Of a stretch of DNA of 64,000 bases, positions 37,816 through 52,000 are shown in pieces. The stretch is from Antedon mediterranea. Its lineage: Eukaryota > Animalia > Echinodermata. Every line of letters begins with the position of its first letter. Position 1 is the first letter of the stretch. Made by a program: the position numbers and the translations under genes. The notes under the pieces are model-generated. The model was not told where the DNA came from, did not search any database, and was given only the letters and a program-made list of their open reading frames with translations. The stretch is taken from contig NC_092670.1 in NCBI RefSeq assembly GCF_964355755.1, positions 11,394,795 through 11,458,794 of the forward strand, given 5' to 3'.

Positions 37816-39234
37816 TTCAAAAATAGGACAAATCTTAATTAAAATCACAGTACGGCCTATAATATTTTTAAAAGATATTGAGTTGGTGTTATGTTATCAT
37901 TGCGGCATGCGTATTTACTGATAAAACACGTAAAACCATTAAGAGTAACCACTGAGATGCTCAATTTACGAACTACGTACGTCGTAATTATGAGGTATTA
38001 CGACATAACGATTTGGTAATTCTACTAAAAATATAACATATTCGTTAATTGTTACTAATAGCCCTTCGAAAACTGCAAATACATGTTGAGCAAGGTGACT
38101 CAATGCGCCAATGGCTTTCTATGACATATGAAGCCATGTAGTAAAAATGAAATGGCAATTTTGTATCAATATTTATTACAAGAAGAGTTGTTTAATGTTA
38201 CTTTTTAAATCCATCCGATGATATATGTGAGTTTTTCGTATTTGGTCGTAACCTTTGGCGACTCAGCCAAAGGTTGATGAGAGCACTGTGGATAATATTA
38301 ACTTCCAAAATGATGTATGTAGTTAAGTATTTTAATTAATATACAATTGGTTATTTAGAAGATTTAACAACAAAAAAAAGAATTTTAAGAAGTAAATACT
38401 TACGTATTTTTATTTTCTGAATTACTAAACATTTAATAATTCAGAAAACAAAAATACTAAATGAATGCTAATGTTTACCAATTATATGATACAATTATGA
38501 TATCAATAAGGGAAAAACAGAAAATAATGAAAAAGAGGTAGAACATGTTTAGAAATTATGTAATGAAACATTGAATGAATAAAGGTGGTGGCGAACCACA
38601 ACAGATAAGAAACAACTTCCAAAATGAAGAACATTATAATATTTTGATAATACCATAGGCCTAATGATAATTTTGATAATGGACATGAAATAATGTAAAC
38701 AAAATCATGAAGGTTATTATCGAGGGAGATCATCTCCATCTACATAACAAATTTAATAGCAGCACAATGGGTTGGTCACGTTTATGTAATAGATTGATTG
38801 ATAGGCCAAAAATTACTACTCAATCTTTGAATCTGTATTTGTATCTGTATCCGTAACGTCAGTCACCATCAATGATGGATGAACAAAACAGATTTCTTTA
38901 TTTAAAATAATAAGAATGTTGTCAATAAAGATGGTCAGCTAGTTTTTGGTTTTTCATCCCAAACGATGATTTGTTTGAATTCCTCCCTTTCATAATACAT
39001 AGGGCTAGACCCAAGTCTTTAGTTATTTCGAGGCTTTTCGATGTTTGTCTGAACCACCTGAAATTGGGCCTGATATACAAGCTCAAATAGTATACGTATG
39101 AAACGTTATATGTGCCAAAACATTTATAAATATTAAGTCAAAACTCCGTCTGGAACACAGACTAATACATTATAGGCCTACACCAATTAATTTGAAACGA
39201 TAAATATGAGGAAATATGGGAGAAATAAGAAAAT

Positions 39235-39308
39235 GCCGTCCCAACCAAGATTCGAACATGAAACCTTCTACTTAGTATGGAGCCGTCCTAACTATTAAAC
39301 CACATGGA
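39235..39308 (-). pseudogene. tRNA-like sequence (pseudo-tRNA or SINE head)
   Basis: Minus strand ctccatgtggtttaatagttagga...gttcgaatcttggttggga has A-box-like and B-box (GTTCGAATC) elements at tRNA spacing, but the stems are imperfect. Confidence 0.55.
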
Positions 39309-39349
39309 GTTTTCATTTGTTCAAATTCGATTAGATAGCGACGCTTTAA

Positions 39350-39944
39350 AGCTCAGGTAAAGGCATGAATTTTAAATATAATATTTGGTTAATTGTACAT
39401 AAATCAAATATTTGTAACAGAAATCAAGATGAAAAAAACATGAATTTCCCTTAATATGGCCAAATACAAAATTTTGCAAAATTCTTCCATAAAAACCAGG
39501 AAGACCTTTTTTCAGTAGTTAGGTAGTTAACCTAATGTAATAACATGTCTTGTGACTCCCTAGAAGGTGAAAAAAGATGGTGGATATACGGTGGATAATT
39601 TTTGCTATAGCATGAAAATAAAAATTTGAAGTTGAATAAAAATTCCAGAAATGTAATATTCAAGTTATATTACCTATACTTAGTCATCTGAAAAAATGTT
39701 TTACCACACTGTTTATTTTTCGTAGCTTTTTAAAATGCCTCTCTATTTACAAAATTTGTGTACAAAAGAATAGAGATTTTACTGTGTAATTTGAACTATC
39801 CCCCCACTGATAAGAAAGTGCTTATTTTTAACAAGCTCGTGTAACACAAATAAAATCCCCAAAATTATGAAATATAGGGGAAACTATAGATCGATAATTA
39901 TTCGAAGGTATAATCAATAGAATTTTTTTGCCCGCACCTGGCCT
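39350..39944. mobile_element. Kolobok-like non-autonomous element with TTAA TSD
   Basis: ttaa|agctcaggtaaaggc ... gcccgcacctggcct|ttaa: imperfect TIRs with AG...CT termini between TTAA sites. Confidence 0.55.
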
Positions 39945-40049
39945 TTAACACACTCGGCGTCGACGATATAAATTATCAGGCAAAGACTACAAATTATTAA
40001 ACGCCCGGTAATATACTGAATATTAATTGATTAATTAATTTAGAAACGA

Positions 40050-40300
40050 TAAACATGAGGACATCTGTGAGAAGGAGAAAACAATTTCAATGCACCAGAT
40101 TCTATGTGCCGTATGAATACAAATGGCCGGCTGTATACCAGAGACAATGTGTAACATGATTGTCATGCCTGTATTATGTTTAGGGAATGGGTTGTATGTA
40201 ATGATACTGACGTGTGACACGGATGTGACAATGTATCATAGAATTTGTCTATGATAGTGTACAAATTATATAAACAGTACTGAGAATTGGCTATAGAATT
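40050..40300 (+). pseudogene. Degenerate Cys-rich (VWC-like plus Kazal-like) coding remnant, with a paralogous remnant at ~31860-31980
   Basis: Frames read MCRMNTNGRLYTRDNV*HDCHACIM..VVC and TCDTDVTMYHRICL**CTNY. The 31.9-kb copy reads DVICNTNVTMYHSICQCYWANY. Confidence 0.35.
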
Positions 40301-41534
40301 TGAAAATATAGTTCAACATATATAGGATAAGAAATTAATATCTGTTTTTACTGTTATCTGGGGAAATCATCGATCGGTCTGAATCAATAGTGTCATCGGT
40401 TTCAGTATTTCAAGATTTTGTTGCACATTGAGTTTCAATGTCAATATTCCATATCTATAGAGAGCTGTTACATTACAAAGCTAGATCATGATAAATCAAA
40501 ACATATGCTATTACGTGACATATTCAACCAACCTGGGCCCAGAGGCAAACGCAACACGACGGAGAGGACATGAACAAACATTGAAATGCTAAATGAGTGT
40601 AATATTACCTGCTTAAGTTATCAGTATTTTGAATTTACAGATTAGAAATGTTAGCCTGTTTATGTCTATTGTCCAAATAATAATAATGTATTCAATTCAT
40701 TTCAATTCAATTTCTTTTATTTCGGAAATTTCATCCATATCAACAAACGTGAAAACAGAAAAAGAAAATTCGCTATAAGCTTAAATATTATACGTATTAT
40801 GTAACATTTTTCCAAAATAAATTTGCTGACCCATCCATTAATTTGTTCGTTCTTAGTAAAAACTACTATACGCACTTCAGCTATCAATAGTTCATTATAA
40901 CACAAACTTTAGCTAATAATATTCATTTTGCATTGAATCTAAAAAGTGTTATTTTTATAGTCGAATTGATGGGATGATAATTAAGTCGTCAAATACTTGT
41001 TAACAGTTCTTCTCTAATTATTATGAGTTTGATATGTGTCATTTGGCACATCTAATCGGCATTTCATAAGCTCATTATTTTTGTAGGAAGGAAAGTCATG
41101 GTGATATAACAGTCATGCTTCTCAATTCATTTACACACCTTCTATTTTACTAACGGTCCTCAACTGATTGTTGTTTAAAGCTCTGTCTACACTATCAAAA
41201 TTTAAAAAAGTGTGCCCAAATATGGTAGTGAGATATGGCAAATATGGTAGTGATATGACATCATGGTTTCCATATGGGCACATCATATTATTTGTTTGGT
41301 AATGTAGAATATTATTCATCTAACCATCTATCGTCCATTATTACGCCTATTTCATTATAGTCTTCTCGATTTCGTATTTATTTAATCTGATTATTAATTT
41401 TACTTGAAAATAATGATTCAGGTACATCTTGCTGTTTACAAATTGTTTTTTTTTTCGCATGATAACGTTTACAACTTTTAAATCAAAGTTCAGATTTGTC
41501 TTGCAAATATATTGTTCAAGGTAAAAGCAATGTG

Positions 41535-41990
41535 GCGCTGTATTTAGGAATTTGTCTGGTTTACTGTTCAAATTACGTCATTTGCCGAGATACATTGGAT
41601 AATAGGCTGTCTGTCTTATACTAACCATAACACACGTCATATATTATATGTGAGGCTGTATTTAGAAATTTTTCTGGTGACTGTTCGAATTACGTCCTTT
41701 GCCGAGATACATGTATACTAGGCTGTCTATCTTATACTAATAACACATGTCACAATGTTACAGTTGATGTGATGATGAATTTAGGGATATTCCTGGTATA
41801 CTGTTCAAATTACGTCATTTGCCAAGATAAATGTAGGCCTATACTAGGCTGTCTATCTTATACTAACCAAAAACACACGTCACAATGTTATATTTGACGC
41901 TGTATTTAGGAATTTGCCGGGTGACTGTTCGAATTACGTCATTTGCCGAGATACATTGGATAATAGGCTGCCTATTTAACCAATAACATA
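41535..41990. repeat. Four tandem copies of a unit of about 115-125 bp
   Basis: actgttc(a/g)aattacgtc(a/c)tttgcc(g/a)agata...taggctg recurs four times. Confidence 0.9.
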
Positions 41991-42230
41991 CATCACTTAG
42001 GAATCGAGAACACCGAGAACTATCGTACAAGTACAAAGGTTAATGCAAGTACAAGATTGAGTTCGTAATAATACACATCATCCATTATTTTTCCTCTTTG
42101 GTTGTTAAATGAGAAAATCGTAGTAACCATTAGTAAAGCTGAAATAGACCCAGCTAAAACGGAAACACGATCTTTCATCTATTAATAGATAGGCACTTGG
42201 ATTAAGTGCTGCTATGCCAACGGTGATCGT

Positions 42231-42615
42231 CCTTATATCTTGCTTGATGATGTTTCTCATCGGGAAATATTTACTTTTTTACTTGATTCAATTTAGAGCG
42301 TCGACTTATGTCGTCTGTTGTATAGGCCTGCGTCGTGTAGGCTCAGCGAACAATATTATCTATCTTCCGTTTATCGTCTTGAATTAATTGTGATGCTATT
42401 CGAATGATATTTCTTATATCTTGCTTGATGTTTCTCATCGCGAAATATTTATTTTTTACTTGACTCAATTCAGAGCGTCGACTTATGTCGTCTGTTGTAT
42501 AGGCCTGTGTCGTGTAGGCTCAGCGAACAATATTATCCGTCTTCCGTTTACCATCTTGAATTAATAAAGTGGTGCTATTCGAATAATATTTCTTATATCT
42601 TGCTTGATGTTTCTA
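42231..42615. repeat. Tandem duplication of about 180 bp (2.2 copies)
   Basis: cttatatcttgcttgatg...agagcgtcgacttatgtcgtctgttgtataggcctg is repeated. Confidence 0.9.
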
Positions 42616-45600
42616 ATTGCGTAGTATTTACTTTCTCAGCTTTTGAGATTAAAAGTCATTCTATGAATGTTTATACGCTTTCCAAACGTATGCAAAATGA
42701 CTTTTCGACTCGACAGCTGTGTGGTCTAGTGGCGCAACATGACTAAGGTCGTTATTTAGACTTTTATGCCAAGTTGTTACGTCCCATACGATTGATCTTT
42801 AGGGTCTAATTATTACTGTTGAATTTCTTGGACTGTGAACTTTTACCGGATTTTTTCAAATCTAGATATAAGTCGAACCAAAAGAAGAACTACACAAAGA
42901 TAATAATAATGACCAATCAATAATGCGTGTCTTTAATTGATGTTGCAAGAAACATGACGTTTACGTGTGGGCTTTAATAAGATATACCTATATGTTATGC
43001 ACTGTCTATCAAACTTTGTGTGACAACAAAATGTGATATGCTCATATATGGACATGATGATGTTATATCACTACCATATTTGAGCATGTCACTAATATTT
43101 GAGCACATCACACATTTTTTTTTGTCAAACCAGTTTGATAGTGTAGACATGGCTTTTAGTTTAAAGCAGGTTAAGATGTCTCCGTATATTTTATGTGTTA
43201 CTAAAACTCTTAGCATGGGAAACGTATTAAATTGTTAATTAAATTAATTACTACTATTAACCAACAATGTATGTAAGTGAGGATGAAGTGTAAAAGTGGC
43301 AAGGCTGGTTGTGGTTGGGTAATGACTAGCTGACACAGAAGGAAGTGTTTAAACTCCTTCTGAAAGAGGAAAGAATCTGTGTAAAAGTGTCACTTTCATC
43401 TATCATAGCGGTTTCAAAGGCTCGGGTAACTAAAGTTGTGAACAGTGTATCGTAGTAGCACACAATTAGGCCTACAGAAACACATTATCGTACCCCCAGC
43501 TACGACGGTAAAATGATATCGGGCCTAACTACGATCGTTACAAAAATACTAATGAATGACATCAAAGAGTAATCGTACCGTTAACGATTCTATAACAGAA
43601 CAACTGATTTAATGTTTAGCCGATAAAACATACATCTATTCGATTTCAAGCATTAACCGAGTAATTCAGTCAAAATGGAGTCATTTAGCCTGATCTCGTT
43701 CATTGAACATAAAAGCTTAAAGAGATTCAATACAGGGGAGTATTTCACGTTGTTACTATGTTGAAGTTAACTGGTTGCCATGGTCGGTCGATCAGATGGT
43801 GCAATCACAAGTTTAAGTTTCGTTGAAACATTATTATTTTCATAATAAAGCGCTCAGAAACTACATTAAAGATACACATAACTCGAGATTTTAATAAGCC
43901 TTTGTGACGTCATCAATGAATCGATTCTCTTGAAAATAAATAGACATGGTCTATAGGTATATAGCTATTTAATTTCAGAAAAATCATAATGTTATCGTGC
44001 AGGCATTTACAACTTGTAACATACTGTCAAACGCAATTGCTTTAAGTGTACACATTTTTCCAATTAATAGGCTGTACGCTGGGTCGCAAATAGAGGTTCT
44101 TTTCATGGGAAAAGGAACAAAATTCTTTATTAATTCTATCAAATTTTTGTTTTGTTTCCTAGCCTTCTGAAGCGCAGTGTTCGAGCCCGGTAACAGTTGA
44201 TACAACTTAAACTTCACACCGGCGTAAGTCCGGTTTCATTAAGTGACGTGTCCGCCCTCTATTCATCACCCTAACCACTTTATACACAATCACCTGCAGT
44301 TGATGTAGGCTACTACTACTACAATAAGTTTAGAACAATATTGAATTGGGTCAAAGGAAATACCATTTTTACAGATGTGTGAAATATATTAGTTCATTTG
44401 CAAACATCACAGTAAATCATGCATGAACAGACTTGCAGAGAACCGTTTATATTGCAATCAATTTCCGTTTTTCTGTTGATGTATTGATTGTGTCAACTGG
44501 TGGTAAACGGGAATGCAAATCTTGTCACCTCCTCGAGAGTTAACTACTAAAATTAGAGTTTGCAGCAAGATTAGGTATAGGCCTATGATTAAACCAAACC
44601 ATCTTTTCTAAATAATCTCTCTAAACACGCCAAAATCGATGGGTTTCGAACCGAGGGTTCTGTCCATTCAGCCAATCTGAAGAAAGGAATTAAAATTGAT
44701 ATCTCTTATTGTTACGTAACCAAGTTGATCAATCACAAACGACAGTATTCGGACGATCCATCTCGTAGTGATTGGATACATTCTGACGTCCGTGCGTTGT
44801 GTAGGGTGAACAAGCTTTAGTTTGAACAGTTCGTTCTTCAACACTATACACGATTTTTAAACTGACCAATGGACTTTCTACGGCCGCCTACAGTGCTTAC
44901 AGACTATGCTTGTTGTTGATCGAAGGGTGAGGTCTCCTCCTGGAATTTACCAAGGAGTACGTAATCTTGTAATTCATGAATAAAAATAATAAAATGCTGC
45001 GTTATTAGCGTAAAATCAAGAAATATCGTTGTGTCGCGACAGTTTAAAAAAAAAGAAGTTCATCTTGTATAATTACTAGTATCAAGATTCTTGCAATACA
45101 GCTGCACATAATTATACAACAATTTGTAGTTCTAAATTTTCTATCTTAAATTATATAAAACACATTGTTTTCTTGCTAAGTAACAATATTCATAACATAA
45201 AAGGGTTAGGGTTAGGGTTATTAAAAGTACAATAAGTTATTTTCAATAAATCTGGTACAAACAAGGCGGAAGTGTGGTAATTTTAGATGAAAATATTCAA
45301 GTAAATCCATGATCCAAATAATTTTTGTTTTACAGTTTGTATAAGGAAGCTATAACAATTTTTTTATAAATAATTTGCTGCTTAATTGGTTCGTTTAAAA
45401 GAAAAATGAAACAAGCTCGGATAAGCTAGGATTACTAGGAAATAAGGTAGGCCAGTACTAAGAAAACATTCTGTTCTAAAGGTTATTCAATATGATTGCA
45501 AAACTGACTGCAATACAAGGAACTTTAAGATGTTATGTCGAATCATAATCTTGGTGAAATAGCTCATACATAAAACTGGTCTGATTATAAGGTTTTCTTC

Positions 45601-46662
45601 TAATAAATCAGCTTTAAGAAATGTACAATTTTGTTTCATCTTTGAGAAAAATGACAGCAATTTTGAAGTATATTTACCATCTTGAATATTTAAAAGTTTA
45701 TTGTTTAAACATCTCCAGCGATAGTATATTTTATTGAGCATTGGTGTGGAACAACAATTTGCCATATTGAGAGAAAACGGCAATTTTATTAAATGTAAAT
45801 TATTTTTCTTCATCTTCCTTTTTTCTACATTTGTTATATGTTCTTCAGATGGGTCTTAGGAAGTAGCTACAACAAAAATAAATTGTGTTCTAATTTTGTC
45901 TAGATCAAACCGTAGTTTGACCGGACTATAAATGCAAACGCTAACAAAAGTTAATCTGTGCGTAATGGCACAACGTGTGAGAACGTTATATACGAAAATA
46001 TTATGAACCATTTATAATGCAAAAGAAGTGCACTTGAGAACATTTCCGCGAGTAATGGGCAATGGAGTTATAAAGGATTTGGACTTAAACGCATTAGTCT
46101 AACATAAGTATAGGACCTTTAGTAAGATATTTTGTGTGCCTTAATTGTAAACATGCGTGTATTCAGTAAATATTCGAGGCTATAACAGAATAAAATGTAA
46201 ACACAAAGGTTGAAAAGTCAATCAGGTTTTAATTAAAATATATTATCTGGCAAGAATAAAAATAATTGTTTTATTAGAGCTAAGCGGGCAAACATTATTC
46301 GATAGTGTTCAACACTCCGTATTGTGTGCACGGCACGCTTAAACGTGTCGTCATGCACGTTAAAGGCAAATGTTAATAGGAAGAACGTGAATTTTTCACA
46401 CAACAATGAAACTCGTAAAAATCGAAAAACAATCATATTGATACCTATATGGTAGTGACTGACCGAAGGAACAACAAACCGACGGACTGAACAATTGAAA
46501 ATTCAAATATGAAAATATTTAAAGAATAACTGGATATACAGCACTGGGAATCGGGTGGTTACATTTACTTATTCTTTCTGTTTCTGTTTCTCAGCTCCTT
46601 AAAGTTGAAGTGTCCCAAAAGAGGGATTCTACTGTACACATAATATGTATTGGTAGTAGACT

Positions 46663-46863
46663 CAGTAGCGTAACGCAGAGGCCTGGTCCCCTGGTTTAGG
46701 AACTCTTAAGTAGCCCTTCTCTTTATCGCTGGAGGCCTCGGGCGTTTTTAGTCTTTTCGACATATTTTAATGCCTGTTTTCACTCTGGGCACTGCTCAGG
46801 GGCACATAAGCTCCGAGGCCCCCCTGGGTTAGCTAGTGAGCGCTCATAGCCGTTACGTCATTG
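46663..46863. mobile_element. hAT-type MITE (TIR CAGTGGCGTAACG), same family as 61710-61882
   Basis: cagtagcgtaacg ... cgttacgtcattg, with clear internal homology to the 61.7-kb copy. Confidence 0.8.
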
Positions 46864-48622
46864 AGTATAGAGACTATACGCGAGAATACTCGTGATAAAA
46901 ACAGACGGTCCTCGCATACTACATATATGCGCGGCAATGTTAAAGGCAAAGTAATATATTTTTTTAGTACAACTGAATGCTGACTGGGCTTACAAGCAGG
47001 ATTTGAAGACATTCAATTAAGTTTATTAAAGATGTAATAAATTCATACTGATCATCATATTAATCCTTTTTAAATTATGTCTACATAGCAGTGCCGTCTG
47101 CTAATAAGGGTTTTTATTGTGTGGGAGATACCGATTAATCATATAATAAATGGTCTGTTTTACGTCATGCAGGCAATAACAAAACAATGCGTAATTATAT
47201 AACTCGAGTTCATGTTTTTACTGAATCCGATAATTCACTACAATATTGCAAATTTCGTGTAAGGAGATGATTCAATATTTACCACGCATATGGTGTTATT
47301 ACTTTTCGACCGGGCAAAGTTTAAAATACTGTTCGTCTAATTGTTTAATTAGAGTCAATATCTAGGTCATCATAACATTCATAAGTCTAATAATCTGCGT
47401 CCGCTATTTCTACATCCGGGCATCGAAATGGCCATTAAAAGCTCATGACGGTATGATACTTAAAAAGAGAGAGAATTGCCAAACCTTATACAATTTCGTG
47501 TTTCCACAAAAATGTCAGGCAAACTCTCTCAATATCTCCACGTAACAAAAAAAAAATGACTAGAACTAGCAATCCTCCTCCGATAATTCATTACTCTAAT
47601 GCGGTGACCGATCAGTCGAAAGAACCTGTGGAAATTTGCTAGGCTGTTGAACTATATTTCTGAACACACTAATGTCTGCCGTAGCCCGTAAAATCCTCTG
47701 GAAATCAAAGATTGCAAGATAGCTGATATCCAACCGAGCTGTCACTATAGTAGGCTATCAGAATGTCTGGTTTCTCGTGAATATTGGGTATCCTGGATAC
47801 ACATATCACATTATACATTGTTTATAAAACTATGACAGAGATATCGTGTGTTAAATGTATTTAATGTTTTTACATGGTGTTTTTTATTACAAATGTAACG
47901 GGGAGCTGAGTCTCACATTTTATAATTATTATGTGACAATAAAGTATATCTATGTCTATGTCTTTGTCTATTTAATACAGCCAGACTTGTATCTAGATGA
48001 CTTGCGATAGTCAGTTAGACTCTATTTAGTGACGACTGTAGAATCGGGTGGATATCACATAAGCCCTCTACATAATCTCTCTCAACTATAGCACCCAATA
48101 AGGCCGATCGGTTTTGAACTGAAGGCTAAAAAACTTGAATTAAACAAAACCTCTGAATTAAACTAAATGAAGCGTTACCGGACTACGCCCATCCCATTAT
48201 CTTAATTTGTTCAATATCTAGGAACATTTTGTGATACATCGTCCCACATTCGTCACGTGTTACAGTTTATTTGCACATAATGATCATAACAATGGATATT
48301 TAAATGATAATAAACACAGCCTGAGGTCAATAGATTATAGAAAACATGTTGGTATTGTGTTATGATAAATATGATAAAAACAAGAAAGAAAGAGAGAATG
48401 AGAAAATGTATATTACAGAACCTAAAACGGTATACAGATTTACATTCAGTATTACAAATTGAGATGCGGCATAATAAATTAATAAAATTAAATATTCTAT
48501 TATAGGTTATGGTTAAAACAATTTGCATTTAAGAATCTACCCCACCTCCATTATGAAATTTGCCATAGTTATAGGTCTATCAAGGTAATCTTAAAGGGGC
48601 TCCGGATATCAAAGGGTTAAAT

Positions 48623-49030
48623 CAAAGAACTTATAACACAAGAATCTCCTGTTCTTCAATTTGCATTCAAAACACAGTATCGGAAGTACAGGGTTAAAAG
48701 GTCAAACTGGGCGACGCCATTTCACAGCATGGAGCAGCGCCCCCTCCAAACTAGGAAGTCAATTACTCTACCCCCTAGAGTATTAGCAGATCCCCTCTAT
48801 GATTTTGACTTTCTAATTTGATGCGGGCGCCCTACTCCTCAGTCAATTACTCTATCCCCCCTAGAGCATTAGCAGATCCCCTCTATGATTTTGACTTTCT
48901 AATTTGATGCGGGCGCCCTACTCCATGGCTCACAATGGCGCCACCCATAGCTCTATTCTATCCCACAATGCCTTTCGAAATTGTTACGCGCTTCGGACGA
49001 ACAGGAGATTCTTGTGTTATAAGTTCTTTG
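48623..49030. mobile_element. P-element-like non-autonomous element: 32-bp perfect TIRs, 7-bp TSD, internal tandem duplication of about 84 bp
   Basis: gttaaat|CAAAGAACTTATAACACAAGAATCTCCTGTTC ... GAACAGGAGATTCTTGTGTTATAAGTTCTTTG|gttaaat. Confidence 0.85.
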
Positions 49031-52000
49031 GTTAAATGTAGCTGCGACACGATCAGTTCCACGCGCGCCCTTTACACCACGCGCCGCGGAGAATACGTAG
49101 GCGTACATAGTACAGTACTGTTGGTATTTGTCGCAGCCACACATAAGATCAAACGACAATTTTACATGTTTATCAAAAGCTTCCTGGTTTACTTATTAGG
49201 CTAATAAAAATAGGAAAAAGTAAGAGGATAAAAATGATGCAGTGTATGTTTTCATCTTCAAGTCTACAAAAACAAAATTTAATACCATATTACAAATTAT
49301 TCTCATATAAAATCGTTTCGTGGCTTCCGCGCTACGCAGACGACATAATCCTTATTCATTAAGGACCGTTTTAAGCAATGTTTGAAATGCACATTCATGT
49401 CGTTTAATTTAATCATATTTCTATTTTTATTATTGTAACTTGTTCATATCGAGTCTTGACGCAAGCACCTGGGAAAAACTGGTTGTAAGCGGTTTTCGTC
49501 TTGTTACGACACAATTTTAAAATATAACCTACTATAATACTTTGCGAATAAATTACGAATATACTCAACATTATCTTTATTATTCATTATAACACACTAA
49601 GTAGATTTTTGTCATTTGATTGGACGATTGTGGGTCACATGATATTAAATAAATCGTTATGTACCACTGTTATATATAGCACATCTCCTCACAGTGCAAG
49701 GTGAAATCCAATTTTGTATTGGCATATTCAAATTGGCACTCGGTCAGAGCAAAACATGTTAGAGAGCGATATTTACTAATTTAGAACAAAAAGCACATAA
49801 TTTTGGTAAATTAATGGTAACTACTCTAGAAGACGAGAAATCGTTGGAAATAAACAGAATTAGCCAATAGACCAGTTTCAGTTGCCTTGCGATTATTTGC
49901 ATCGTTAATTCTCCTCAAGCTAGGCCTATGTTGTTTAAAATTCACAGTAGGTTTTGTTACAAAAGACTGTTTGTTTTTTTCGTTTGTTCGTGCAATTGGG
50001 CAACTAATTTCATGAGGTGAAAGTAAAATTGTATATTTTTACGCGGCTTTGTCTCGTGAAACATCCCTTTAATCTTTCATCATTTTATTAATTTCCTCGA
50101 AATAAACATTCATGTTTGTCATGTCATGTTTAAAAGCCAAAATGGTCGTGATCGGATGCGGTTCCTTCTCCCCCTCTCTTTCGTCATTCAATTACATTTG
50201 AGTAGACTTTAAGAGAAAAAATATAAACCGTATACTCTGAATAAGTTCTTTTTTTTTTTCTTGTTTAAAAAATAATAATACATACACCGAGAAGCTTAGA
50301 CAAATTGTCCAACCTCGGCTCACCTATGATGGTTATTGCATCCTAGGCCTCGGTTAACAGACCAAAAAATGTATTTTTCGTCCAAAACAATAAAGAAATT
50401 ACATTATTAATATTGTGACACCAGTAATAGGTTTAACGCTCTGTTAATTACATTCACTATCATTTTCTTCAAGGTAATACCACTTTAGTGTTCCTGATGA
50501 AATCTCAAATGGCCATTCACAATCAAATCCTAATGTTCTCAATTAAGATTTAGTCGGCATAATGTATAGACAACATGCACTTACATTAGGATACGAATAC
50601 ATCCCTGTTAGATGCTACAGTACCGTACTACTAACATTATAATTGAAGGCAATAAAATGCCATAATTTTCACGGTCATCATTCAGTTTTCACGTAAGTAA
50701 TATTGTAACCTCTAATTTTCGCAATCAAATTATTCCATTATCGTGTCAATGTTCGCTGGCTCTCGTGTTTTTTTATTTGGTTTTTCTGTTTATGTTATTA
50801 GGCCTACTGCTTTCAAATTAATTGACAAACCAATTTCATAATTCGACAGTGGTACCACAAATAGATATTGTACGCACGTGTACATTAACAATTACGTAAT
50901 AATCATGTGTTTGTGTTATTGGTTATAATATTTGAGATTGTATCACTGATATTGGGCCTACTGTAGGTAATAATTATATTGTTTAGATTTATTTTATTTC
51001 ATGCGTTTTTATTCCAAAAAGTACTGCATCCTTCACACATGCTACACTTTCCCGATGCCATAATTGTAACCATTTTTATTTCATTTTATTTATTTTGTTA
51101 GATAATAGCAAATAATAACATAAAATACACAATGAACAACGCTAGTAGTTCACAATCCAGATGCAAGGGGTTTTCCACAAAAAGAAGCCAAGTGGCTCAT
51201 CACATAAAAGCATTGTGATTCAGTGGTTCGCCAAAATCTAGTTTAGTTCTAAATTGGACGCAAGGCAGGGACATAAGCTCTACAAAACCGAGTTGACCAA
51301 TGACAAGCATTAGGCTAACCTTAACATGTTGAGGCTTGGTTCTAAATTCGACGCAGGGACGTAAGCGCAAAGCAACCGAGTTGACAATGTGACGGCTGTA
51401 TCGTAGGCCATAAACCAAACCCTATTGCAGGCGTCATGTAATTCGTATGTGAAACTGTAGTACAGTATTAGGCTGTGACGCAATAATGTGGCGAGCAGAG
51501 AATCGGATACATTCTTAAGCTATATTAATGTAAAGTAAGAAATCGTAAGTTAATGAAAAAGCGTATTGTTTTAAAAAACACAATTTTCTGACCAATTTTT
51601 TAGAAATGATTTTCAGGAAAATATTGTCATATTTTCCATGTCTTTGTTGTAATCACTTTCAATTAAGCATGTTTACACAAAAAGTAAGCTGAGAAAGTAT
51701 GAGTGGATCTCCAGCTATCCGTGGTGATGTCGAAATATTGAAATTAGCGTTTGTCTTTTCTTTATTATTATCTTCAAAAAGAGAGAAATTATTTCTTATT
51801 ATTATGGTTTGTTATTGATTCCAGCTATTTCATTTTTGTTCCGGTCACATTATCAAAAACATGAATAATATATAAATTAATCTATGTAATTATGAAACAT
51901 TAATAAACATTATGTTGCCAGAAGGCTGCATCTGTATCCTTACACAAAAAAAGCGGAATTCCAAAAATGAAATTATTTCTTGAAAATTTATGACATGACG

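Noticed and set aside
21470-39308. Functional tRNA genes at 21.5-22.0, 30.3 and 39.3 kb
   Set aside because: Acceptor or anticodon stems do not pair, or the B box is mutated, so they are treated as SINE heads or pseudogenes.
45202-45220. Telomeric (TTAGGG) repeat
   Set aside because: Only about three copies, too short to call an interstitial telomere.
45240-45860. Possible L1/Tx1 zinc-finger relic or exon (ORF 45487-45813)
   Set aside because: Only a faint CxxC-like stretch, so no call can be supported.
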